Positions 12,561 through 23,859 of a DNA stretch of 64,000 nucleotides are shown here, in pieces. The stretch lies in NCBI RefSeq assembly GCF_030144855.1, contig NC_082715.1, forward strand, positions 145,266,001-145,330,000. The letters are read 5' to 3'. This stretch comes from Hypanus sabinus (taxonomy: Eukaryota). Both the position numbers and the translations under genes were made by a program. Under the pieces are notes generated by a model, which had not been told where the DNA came from, searched no databases, and saw only the letters and a program-made list of their open reading frames with translations. Numbering within the stretch: the first letter of the stretch is position 1; each line of letters opens with the position of its first letter.

Positions 12561-12911
12561 TTTCAAACGCGGAGATGACTTTGACTCAGCCTCCGTCCGT
12601 ATCGGCGTCTCCGGGTACAACCGTGAAAATCACTTGTACCATGTCAGGGGGCAGCATCGGCAGCTATTACACGAGCTGGTACATGCAGAAACCCGGCAGC
12701 GCCCCAGTTCTTGTGTGGCATGGAAGCTCCTCGAGAGGATCGGGAATTCCAGATCGATTCACCGGTTCCACAGTCTCATCGAGCAACCAAATGCATTTAA
12801 CCATCACCAACGTGCAATGGCAGGACGCCGCCGATTATTACTGTGGTGCTGGGTATACTAGTAGCCCGTACACAGTCACCTTTGGGAGAGGAACCAAACT
12901 GAATTTCAATA
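12561..12911 (+). CDS. IGLV-IGLJ: Ig lambda-type (type II) germline-joined VJ exon, cluster 1
   Basis: [10 protein letters not shown]...ITC...SWYMQKPG...[29 protein letters not shown] in one open frame. Donor GTAAGT at 12912. No RSS between V and J. Resembles shark type II/lambda V regions. Confidence 0.96.
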
Positions 12912-13649
12912 GTAAGTAAATATTTGTTGGGGTCTAATCACCTTTTGATTTTGTTTGGGTTTTTTTTTCGTTTGAACCTTGAAATAATATTATCAATCCT
13001 GATGCTTCGATCTGATTTACAGTCCGCCTCTCATTGTATCTTTACGATGCCGCAGGCAGAAAACTAGCACATATGCATCCTGTTTGCTTGGTAGGGTTAC
13101 TTAATTTAGCTGAAATGTATCTTCAAAACAGCCTGAGTTCATTGCCATGACATTTTTAAAATAGCTTTGTGAATAGATGCTACGTGCTGCTAGTAAGTGT
13201 TTCTTAAAAGTTTCCCAGGGAACAGATGTATTCAAATATATTCCCAACAGTGAGGTTTTGCATTAGACAACCGAGTTGAAGTCGCGTTTAGAGCCCGCAA
13301 ATGATCTGAATACCAATCGTTTGGAATATATTTTGTTAGTTTTTAAAAATTTATTTCGGCCAACATTACTTTATTTTTTGTGTATCGTGTTGTCCACCTT
13401 GGTCTCCTAAATCATTGTTATGTTTGACCGTCTACATGTACACAGTTGACTAACGTTACATTTATCCTGAAACCTGAACCTGAATGCGGACAAAAGCCGA
13501 GCTGTGAATGTTACCGAATTGCGATAGAGAACTTCTATTTCCTTAAATCGGTAAAACCTAGGAACAGAATTCGACCCCATGAGTCTGCTGCGTCATTTGA
13601 TCATCGCTGGTATATTTTCTCTCAAGCTCATTCTCCTGACCTCTCTCCA

Positions 13650-15170
13650 TAACCTTTGATGCCGTTGCTAAACAAGAGACTATAAACTCAGTTTTAAATT
13701 TACCCAAAGACTTGGTCTCCACAGTATCCTTTGGGAATCAATTCTACAAAATCAGCACTTTACGGTTAAATCATATTCAGCTCTTCTCTGTTCTAAAGGG
13801 CTATCCTTATATTCAAAGGATTTTCTCTCAGTTCTAGCCTCTCACACTGTAGAGGGCATCCTCCCACATCCACTCAATCTAGCTCTTTCAGTATTCGGTA
13901 GGTTAAAATGAGACTTCATCCTCCCCCCGCCACCTTTCTTTTGAAATCCAGCATGTACAGGCCCAGGGCCATCAAATGCTCCTTATACTTTAACACTTTT
14001 ATTGTCAGCATCTTTCCTCTGGTCCCTCTCCAATGCCAGTACGGACATCTTTTCTTAGATATCTGGCCCAAAACTGCTTCCAATACTCTAAATCTGCTCT
14101 GGCTATTGTCTTTTAAAACATTAGCATTAAATCGTTGATTTTATATTCTGCTCATCACGAAATAAGCTGAGCTAAGCTTGGTTTTGCCTGCAAGTTATCA
14201 TTTTGGGAATCCTGCAGGATGACTTTCAGGTCTCCTTGTACATCCGACTTCTTAATGCGGTCCCCGTTTAGAAGTCTGTACCTTTATTCCTTCTACCATA
14301 GTCCACGACCATACGGTTTCGCACACTGTACTCTATCTGTCAATTATTTGCTCGTTCACCTGATCCGTCAATATCATTCTGCAGACTCCTACTGCCTCAA
14401 CACTGTCTACTCCTCCACCTCGCTTTGCATCATCCGCAAATGTGGCCACAAGTCCATAAATCCTGTCGTTCAGATCATTAACTTCCAGCATGAAACGTAG
14501 CAGACTCAACACCGATCCTTGCAGAACACCACTAGTCACCGGTAGCCAACCAGAACAGATTATCCTACGCTTTTTTCCAGCCAGTCGGCCAATGCTCCGT
14601 CTATGCCTGTGATAGCTTATGCTCTTATCGTGTTAAGCAGCCTGATGTGTCACACTTTGTCAATGGTCTTCTGAAAATCCAAGTCAATAACATCCACTGA
14701 TTCGTATTTGTATATCCTGCCTGGTATTTTCTCAAGGAATCTCAGCAGATTTAATAACTAAATTTCCCCTTAAGGGAACCATGCTGATCACGGCTTATTT
14801 TATTGGATGCCACCAAGTACCTAGAAATTTCGTCCTTACTAATGGATTCTAGCAATCTCAATATATTTAAATTTCGATTAAACATCAGTATCTTTACTAG
14901 CAAATTGACTGACGTCAGGCTAACTGGTCCATAATATCCTGCATTTTGCGTCCATTTCTTCTCCGAATGTGGAGTAATATTTGTGAGTTTCTAGTCCTGC
15001 GGACCCATGGGCCCATTCTTGAAAGCTCGTTACTAATGCCTCTCTAATCTATCCAGCTACCGCCTGCAGAATCCTGGAGTGTAGTCCATCTAGTTTGTCG
15101 ACTTATCTAACTTCAATTCTTTCAGCCTCCCAAGCTCCTTCTCCTTCGTCATAGCAACTACTATCACTTA
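13650..15170 (-). mobile_element. CR1-clade LINE relic in the J-C intron (shared by all three clusters)
   Basis: TSGVLQGSVLSLL...FADDAK..GGVDS RT motif. Homologous at ~31400-32960 and ~49850-51410. Confidence 0.8.
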
Positions 15171-16136
15171 TGTTTAATTTCCTACGAAATGCTACCGTTA
15201 AACGATTTCTTTGTAAATTCTGTTCTGTAGTCTCGATATCTTATTGTGTGAATGGATTCAACTTTTCTAATTAATGAAAAAGTGATTATAAGAACCTTGA
15301 CCCAGCTATCCACATCTTCTGCATTTCATAGACCTCTGAGAGTTGTTATCGGCTTTTTCTTCAGTGTGTATTACCGCGGTCCAAACAACACTTTCGGAAT
15401 TAATTGAGTGACTAAAAACTAGAAAATCTAAGTATGAAACCTTAACTGGTATTATTTATGCCCATTAAAATATTTCCATTATTTTTAGCCATTCACATTC
15501 CCTCCTTTACTGAAGCAAATTGCGGCATCTCCGAGGAGAGACAAAGGCACAGGATGTCAATCAAATCCACTGCCTCATCTTTTTACGTGAATAGCTGCGA
15601 CGACATTTTGGAGTTTTACCTCGCTCTTTGCCAAATCTCTTTCGGGGTTTGCTATTGGTTCTGTTTTTCACGTCTTTACGATTTTAACACCAGGGACCGT
15701 GCCAATAATCTGTCACAATATTAACTATAGAATAGTTACATCAGATTAGAACGGGGTATTATGGGATATATAAAGTATAGCTTATGTATATTGGAGAGTA
15801 TCTCACGAATGGATGGGTTCTGTCCGCCATTTTTCAGAAGCCTCTCCAGCCGGATTTTGTTTTAGCATTCCATCGATTTTTTTATCTTATTGCTTTGAAT
15901 TTTGCTGTTATGTAAAACATCTCCTTCCTTTACTTTGCAGCTACTTCTAATGTTCATGATGTATATTTCACTTGATGCGTTTGTGCAAGATCAAAATACA
16001 TTAATGAGATTCAGTTGTGATCGGGTTCTCATGCGTTCTCACTTTTATGGTTGTAAAATCGTTGAAAAAAGACAAAGTTTAATTCTAATTTATATCAATT
16101 AATAACTCATCTCCCTGCACTTCTTTCTATCTACAG

Positions 16137-16459
16137 GTCCGCGAAAACCCGCCGTATCCGTCCTCCGACCGTCTGCGGAAGAAATTCGAGGACAGGGCAC
16201 CGCCACCCTCGTGTGTTTAGTGAGCGGGTTTAATCCGGCCGCTGTGAATATCGAGTGGACTGTGGACGGCAGTACGAGAAGGAATGGCGTTGAGACCAGC
16301 CGGATCCAACAGGACGCGGACAACACGTTCAGTGCGAGCAGTTACCTGACTCTGCCAGCCTCAGACTGGAACTCACACGAGCGTTACTCCTGCGTAGTTA
16401 AACACGAGTCTCAGGCAACCCCATTTCAAACAAACATCGCGCGATCCAGCTGTGTGTAA
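16137..16459 (+). CDS. IGLC: Ig light chain constant exon, cluster 1
   Basis: Polypyrimidine tract and CTACAG acceptor. Phase 1 gives SPRKPAVSVL...ATLVCLVSGFNP...EW...YSCVVKHE...RSSCV*, with a penultimate Cys for the H-L bond. Confidence 0.97.
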
Positions 16460-16488
16460 TACAATATGTTTAGAGGATGTTTCTTTAA

Positions 16489-16494
16489 AATAAA
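16489..16494 (+). terminator. Polyadenylation signal, cluster 1
   Basis: AATAAA 30 nt after the stop, conserved in all three clusters. Confidence 0.75.
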
Positions 16495-17744
16495 ACAAAC
16501 GAATTTCATGTACAGATGTTAAATTTTTGATTGTAGCTGTCACATTTCGCAACCGGGAGAAAACAGACATTGCGTCCGACTGGACGTTCGTAGATAGCAT
16601 TCGGTCTGAAATAAATATCATCCATGTAATTTTATCCCACAGTAATTAAAATCTACCCGATCTGCTGTGTCGTTTTGCCTTGTACGATATGTCCGACAAG
16701 AGCATTATTTTTCAAAACTTTGCGTAGATAGTGAAGATGATCAAGATTTGGCATTCCATGAAATAGAACAGACAACGTCGCTTACACGTTGTGCTAGTTA
16801 TTGGGTTTATTTTCCTCCTGAAGAAACCATATTCACTATGGCTACATCAGGACAAGTGGTGTAATTATTTGGCAACGAAAATTACATACATAGTAAAAGA
16901 AATCCTGATACTGCCTTTATTTGAACATCGTAGGCATATTCGATTTCCAGTTTTATCATTGTATTCTTCATGGAAATGGTTTTTCTACAGCTGGTCATAT
17001 TCAGGGAGACAAGGGCTTGTGTACCCTGTGTCAGCAGCGGCGCCGAGCAGAGTAACACTTATTAGAGTTCAAACCAATGAAATTTTTGCTCAAGTGTGCT
17101 TCGGAACTACAGTTTTCAGTAGAGGTGATTTCGGCTTACGATACCTAACAAACATTGCAAATGGTAGTCCAAAGCATTTCTAGTAAATACAGTCTGACGG
17201 TGGCTGATTATCTAAAGCTATATCGTGATTCAAAACAGAGAAGCGCCGAAGATAGCGCACCGACATCTGTACATTAGTTTGTATAATATACATAAAGATA
17301 GCTTTCTGTATGAAATGTAGAACACCGTGGCCATAGAATAGAGGTCAAGAGAACGGTATCCTAAATATAAGATAAATATGTCCAATAAGTAACGTAAAAG
17401 ATCATTTTCAGGCGAATGAGAATACCGATTGTGATCACGTCTTTCTAATTGGTTATACAAGTTGCTTTATCCCGATAAGAAAAGAATAGCAAGAGCAAGT
17501 TTGCAACTAATCATTGAAAGTCATACATGAATTATTGAAACTGGGACATTACTATCACGTAGTCCTCATCAGTCACTCTGGACTGAGGCCGTTGGATTTG
17601 CTTTCTCTGAGTATGGAAGGCCTGAGGAGTTCCCTGTCACTTTACAGCTGCACAGACCAGCTATTGCTCTGAGCAGGACATTTTTACAGGACCTGTAAAC
17701 TGCACAGTACTTTAAGATTACTATTATTGAAAAGTTTGTACAGA

Positions 17745-18965
17745 AACGTTAACCCTAGCACAGGCCTTTTGGCCCATGATGTTTTGCCCACATTTTAACC
17801 TAATCCAAGATCAATCTAACCATTCCCTTCCACAGAGCCATCCATTTTCTTTCATCCATTGGCCTAAGGGCTTCTTAAATGTCCCTGATATATTTTTGCC
17901 TCTACCACCACACTGGCAAGGTTTTCCACGAACATACCACTCTGTGTAAAGAATATACCTCTGACATCCTCTATATTTTCGTCCAATCACTTTAAAAGTC
18001 TGCTCTCTCGAATATACCGCTGCCACCCTAGGCAAAGGTCGCTGGCTATCCATTCTTTCTACTCATCTTATGCACCCCTGTCAGGTCGTCTTTCAACCGG
18101 CTTCATTCCAAAACGAAAAGCCCTAGCTCGCTAAGCCAATACTGATAAGACATGTTCTCTAACCCGAGCGGCATCGTGGTAAATCTCCTCTAAACCCTCT
18201 CTACAGCTTCCACGTGTTTTGTATTCTGACCAGAATCAAACACAACAATGTAAGTGTAGTCTAAACAGAATTTTATGGAACTAGAACTTTCCCTGGCGGC
18301 CCTTGAACTCGATTCCCCGACTAATGCAGTCTAATTGCCTTCTGAACTGCCTTAATGACATGACGTTTTTTTGAGGGATCTATGCGAGTGGACCCAAGGA
18401 TCCCTTTGTCCTCAACACTGCTAAGAATCTTCTCTTTAACCGTGTACTGCGCCTTTGATTCCACTCTTCCAAAGTCCATTATTTCACATTCTTCTGAACT
18501 GAAAACCATCTGATACTTAACAGCCCAAATATGCATTCCATCAGTGATCCCATTGTAAACTACGACAATCTCATCCACAGCACCAACAGCCTTGTGTCAA
18601 CTGTCCCATCGCCCTGTCCTTAGACCAGAGCTCTCCATACCCCTCCCATCCATATTCTTTTAATATTAAAAACATATTAAGTATTGAACTCGAATCGCTT
18701 GAAATACTTCCAATGGCATCTCATTCCACACTTTCACTACTCTCTGTGAAGAAGCTCCTCCTCACGTTCTCCCTAAACATTTCACCTTTCACCCTCAGCT
18801 CGTGACCTTTAATTCTAGTCGCACCCAACCCGAGTGTGAAAAGCCTGCTTACATTTACCCTATCTATTCCTCACATCATTTTGTATATCTCTATCCAATC
18901 TCCACTCATTCTCCTATGCTCCAAGGAAGAAAGTGCTAACCTCTTCAACCTTTGCGCATAACTTA
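17745..18965 (-). mobile_element. Two adjacent CR1-clade 3' fragments
   Basis: Peptide remnants KYQMVFSSEECEIMDFGR and LEHRRMSGDWIEIYKMM. CR1-like 3' UTR at ~17750-17830. Confidence 0.7.
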
Positions 18966-19105
18966 GGTCCTCAGGTCGAGAAATAATCCTTATAAATTTC
19001 CTCGGTACTCTTTCAATTTTGTTGACATTTTCGCTGAAAGTAGGAAGTTGTCCAGAGCAGCACACAATATAGGAACGCCTTACTAACATCCATGTACAGA
19101 CGTCT

Positions 19106-19572
19106 GACAGACAGACAGACAGACATACTTTATTGATCCCGAGGGAAATTGGGTTTCGTTACAGTCGCACCAACCGAGAATAGTGTAGAAATATAGCAAT
19201 ACAAAGCCATAAATAATAATAAGTAAATTATGCAAAGTGGAAATAAGTCCAGGACCGGCCTATTGGCTCAGGGTGTCTGACACTCCAAGGGAGGAGTTGT
19301 AAAGTTTGATGGCTACAAGCAGGAATGACTTCCTAGGACGCTCCGTGTTGCAACTCGGTGGAATGAGTCTCTGGCTGAATGTACTCCTGTGCCTAACCAG
19401 TACATTATGGAGTGGATGGGAGACATTGTCATGCAACTTGGACAGCATCCTCTTTTCAGACACCAACGTCAGAGAGTCCAGTTCCACACCCACAACATCA
19501 CTGGCCTTAAAAATGAGTTTGTTGATTCTGTTGGTGTCTGCTACCCTCAGCCTGCTGCCCCAGCACACAACA
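19106..19572 (-). mobile_element. 5'-truncated Rex1/Babar-like LINE inserted into a CR1 relic
   Basis: (ACAG)n tail at 19106-19125 and ORF ADTNRINKLIFKASDVVG...HPLHN...FLLVAIKLYNS. Also present at ~55596-56080. Confidence 0.8.
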
Positions 19573-19574
19573 GA

Positions 19575-21170
19575 AGAAAAATATGTACGTCATATACACC
19601 GCTCTACTTTTATTAATTCCATAGTCACTTTCTCGAAAAAGTCAATCAGGTTCGTGAGACATGAACTGCTCCTCAAAAAGCTGTACTGTATGTAATCAGA
19701 CTATGCTTCTGCAAATGAACATAAATTCTGCCTTTAAGAATCACTTCCAAAGTTTGACCACCACTGACATGAAGCTCTGGTCTATAATTCCCAGGATTAT
19801 CGCTAATCCATTTCTAATACAAAGTAATAATATTTGAGACCGTCCAACCTTCTGCTATTCCTCCTGTGTCTAAGGATGGCGCAAAGTATATCACCAAGAG
19901 GGAACGTTCTCTTCCCTCGCTTCCCGTTTTAACCAAGGTGTACATCATTCGGCCTGGAATCCTTATGTCTTTTTTCAAAAGTCCGACGATATCCTATTTC
20001 TTAACGTCACATGTTCTAGTGTGTCAGCCTGTTTTAGGCTGTCCAAATACAACTCAAGGTCCCTCTCAGTAGTGAATACTGAAGAAAACTATTCATTAAG
20101 GAACTCCCCTACCTCCTCCGACCTCAAGCATATATTTTCTCTTCTTTTACTCACTCTAGTCATCCTTCTGTGCTTCACCTACGTGTCGAACGTCTTGAGG
20201 TTTTCCTTAATCATACACGCCAAGCTCTTCTCTTTCCCCCCTTCTAACTCTCCTAAATTCATCATTCAGCTTCTTCCTGGCTGCTTCGTAACCCTCAAGA
20301 GATCCGTCTAATCTTTCCTTCAAAAACCTTTAGTGAACTTCTTTTATCCTCTTGGTAGGATTCTTCACATCTATTGTCAATTGATCTATTGATCTTCTCC
20401 CTGCTATCCATGTTCATAAGGGAGAGCCCTACCTAGAACCCCACCAGTTTTCCCCACACAACATTCACATTTCCTTGTTCTTTTCCCTGATAAATTTGAT
20501 TTCCAGTTTCTGATCACAAGCTCATGTATTATAGCATCATAATTCCCTCTCCTTCAAAACCATCTGCTCTTATCCCTCTCCAAGGCTATGGTAAGTTAGG
20601 GAGTTGTGATCACCCACGAGCAGTCTGACACCTGGCCTGTTCCATTGGCTGGCACTAGATCCAGTAAGGCCTCTCTTCTAGTTGGCCTGTCCACATATTT
20701 AGGAATCCTTCATTAACAGACCTAACAAATTCTGCTCTGTCTAAATCTTTTGTATGTATGCTAATGGAATCATTATTAGGGAAGTGCGTGTTTTTCCAGC
20801 TTTCCAAAATTGACCTGCCAACCAACTCTTTGATGTTCCTGTTGAGAGGTGTGCGCTGTACAATACTCCCAATAGAGTACACACAAAGTACACTGCAGAT
20901 GCTGTGGTCAAATCAACACATACAAGCAAGCTGGATGAACTCGGCAGGTCGGGCAGCATTCGTTGAAATGAGCAGTCAACGTTTCGGGCAGAGATCGTTC
21001 GGAAGGACTCAATAGAGTGACTGCAACCCTTCATATTTCTGAATTCCACCCACAGTCACGTGGGAACATTCAGCAGCTTTTTCTGCCTTTGTGACAACCA
21101 TATTTTGGATTATATTTTGGATCGGGAATGAGAATGGTTCCTCCAAGAACAAAAAGGCAAATACATGTTA
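19575..21170 (-). mobile_element. CR1-clade LINE relic
   Basis: Collinear with CR1 fragments at ~1400-3090. Endonuclease-region peptide remnants. Confidence 0.65.
20879..21009. mobile_element. 131-bp SINE-like insertion with 9-bp TSD
   Basis: CAATAGAGT at 20870-20878 and 21010-21018. The internal gctggatgaactcggcaggtcgggcagc...gtttcggg sequence resembles V-SINE/HE1-type domains. Absent from the homologous CR1 at ~2870. Confidence 0.65.
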
Positions 21171-22229
21171 TCATCGTTCTTTACCTCGTGGTTTTCCAAT
21201 ATCTTTCTTGATTTTTGAGCAACGCATTCACAAGTGACACTGGGTGCGTGCTAATTGTTTCAAAGAGACACAGGCCGTAGTTTGATTAAGAGTCTTGGAA
21301 TGTGCAGTAACTCTACGTTTTTTAACAGACGAGGAATCTCCTGTTGTAACTTCTTCAGACTTATCATTTCCGTGGACTCCTGCGCTGAAACATTGACAAG
21401 AGTCATATCAATGGCTCACGTGGAAAATAAACCTCTACGGTATCGGTGTTATGTCTTCCCTGATCTGGATTGCTATTTATTACTAGATTTCATTGGTTAA
21501 TTGTTAGTTCACAGCTGATGTTGATTAATCGATACGCCGTTGTTAAGCCATTATCTGTCGTCATCAGATCGGCCATTATACAATCGCTTGTACATTAATT
21601 CATTCGTTGAAAGCACTTGTTAGAAGTCGAAGGAATTTCAATCAATATTTGAATCAGCCTTGACTGTGGGCAGAATAATAGGTGATAACTTACTGGCGTG
21701 GATAGAAAATTTATTGACTGACAAAACACGAATTGCAGACATTAATTTCCGAGTCTCTGGAATGATATATCTCAGAATCTGTGAAACAATTCAGGTCCCT
21801 CCACTTCGCTGATGACAAAAGTCAAATAGGTAATTACATTCTGAAGAGAAAGTCAAAAGGCTAGGGAGGGATATTGTTAATCTAAGTGGATGAGCTAAAA
21901 TCTGACAAAGCAAAAGGAGGAAAATAGGAAAATAGAGTGACTGAGCTGGCATGAAAAATGCTTCAACAGCATATTTTCGAAACAATTGGAGATTGTAACC
22001 TTCCAAGTTGAAGAGGAGTAAGGGCATTTAGATCACGCTAGTATGTAATTCACAAAATGCTACTATTCAGGTGCGAGTAACTAAAAAGGCTAGGAACATG
22101 TTAAGGGAATTAAGTGCAAAATTTGGGGGTGTTATGCTTCATATGACAGAGTTTTGGGACTTGACTAAAATCTACTAGTCCTTATTAACAATACGTACGC
22201 TTCATAAACCTTGTAGACTGAAGCTCTAC

Positions 22230-23280
22230 GGCAGGAAGGGCTCATGACGATACTTTCCTCTCTAAGTCCGGCACCTGACGACTTGGGGAACCCAAGAGTA
22301 ACACGCCTGAACACGAGATAAATAGACCTGGAGAATTCAAGAAAGGCGATTCATCTCCCAACAAGTTTGGTCGGCTCGAGATAGACCGGATAAACTGGAG
22401 ACAGACCTGAGGAACTCGAGATAGTCCTGGGCAACCCGTGACAGGGCTGGTCATCTCGAGATAGACATTGAATAAATTTGGGAAACACGAAATAACTCTG
22501 GAGAATATGGAATAAAACTCGGGAACATTTAATAGTCCTCGGAAGCGTGGAGGACCTGTACGGCATGATGTTCACAGCTGATGTTGATTAATCGATTGGG
22601 CGTTTTTAAGCCATTATCTGTCGCCATCAGATCGGCCATTATATAATCGCTTGTATATTAATTCATTCGTTGAAAACATTTTTTAGAAGTCGAAGGAATT
22701 TCAATCAATATTTGAATCAGCCTTGAGTGTGGGCAGAATAATAGGTGATAACTTATTGGCGTGGATAGAAAATTTATTGACTGACAAAACACGGCATGAG
22801 GGCCTGGGAGACCCAGGAACCCTTAACAACCCTAAAATTCTTGATAAAAGCCCTGAAAGTGGTCTAGGCTAGCTCTAAACGTGGACTCGGAATTTGGGCT
22901 CCAGAAACTCAGAATGAAGGCTCGAGACACTCGGATAAAGACTGAAGTCCGGGCATTACTTTACAAGTTCCACTGGAACCTTACATCACTGCGTTTCCTC
23001 AGTAACCGTGCAGACTGAATGCAAGTGCGGAGAAAAGACAGGCTGCCATTCGGAGTCAGCGACATGATTTTATTCATAGGAGTTCCAACTGACCATCGGC
23101 GGCTCGGCAAAGTGACGGCGAGAGAACTAACATTCTCAAAGCTAGGGCCAGCGAAATTAATAATTGGAAGACAGCTTAAATAATTACAGTACCCGGAAAC
23201 CCCGTGTGAGTCAAAATAAACTTTAACAGGTTTAAACAGAAAACGCAAGAGTTTAACGAGTCTCTTTAAGAGAAAAATTC
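22230..23280. repeat. Unclassified repeat with internal CTCGAGATAG motifs
   Basis: CTCGAGATAG occurs three times between ~22376 and 22466. Homologue at ~58900-59680. No recognisable coding motif. Confidence 0.35.
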
Positions 23281-23859
23281 ACAAATAAAGACTATTTAGA
23301 AAGATTGGAGCCCAATGCCCTAAGACTTCCTGCATGGGTACGAAGAACTCATAACATCCGTTGTAAGGCGGGAATCCTCGATCGACTTACTCAAAGTATG
23401 CACCATCATTTGACAGTTGTATACCAAGTGTTCATCTTCCCTTCTTGCTTTGCCATTAGTCTCATTGCTGTAAATCAATACCAATATCACTTTAAATGGA
23501 ATGTTTAGGGCTATGTCTGCCTTTCATTTTGTTTATGTACTTACCAAAACACTCCAGTCGTTATTTCTCAGAGAAGTAAGAAAATTTCATTCTTCTTTAA
23601 TTAAAACGGGCAACATAATATCATACAATTCAAATTATTTTCCACACTTCACTGGTAATCAGTTAGGCTTTTTCTTCTCTCCCAGCGTTCGCTTATGTTG
23701 ACAAGTGCTTCATTTTGACATACAACTGTCCATGAAAAGTCACAGGCAAACGATTAAAGAATTAATGACAAGAGGAGAAAATCTTTCTTAACGAATCGCC
23801 AAAGTAGAGAGGCCTCCAATCACCATGTCAATGGAACTGCAATGAAAGTTGATCAGATG

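Noticed and set aside
12839-12877. Heptamer-like TACTGTG (12839-12845) and CACAGTC (12871-12877) around CDR3
   Set aside because: TACTGTG follows from Tyr-Cys-Gly codons. CACAGTC has no nonamer at 12- or 23-nt spacing and is not conserved in clusters 2 and 3.
12446-12919. ORF-track 157-aa protein starting at TTG (and 48610..49086)
   Set aside because: It reads through the leader intron. The real product is spliced from ATG 12424 (or 48588) via canonical GT/AG sites.
16211-16459. C-region ORFs starting at an internal GTG (also 34409 and 52502)
   Set aside because: These are truncated views of the spliced C exons, not standalone genes.
12424-16459. Processed (retro-copied) or somatically rearranged origin of the joined VJ
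   Set aside because: Both introns are retained, and three paralogues share the joined state plus the same intronic TE, so joining predates the duplications.
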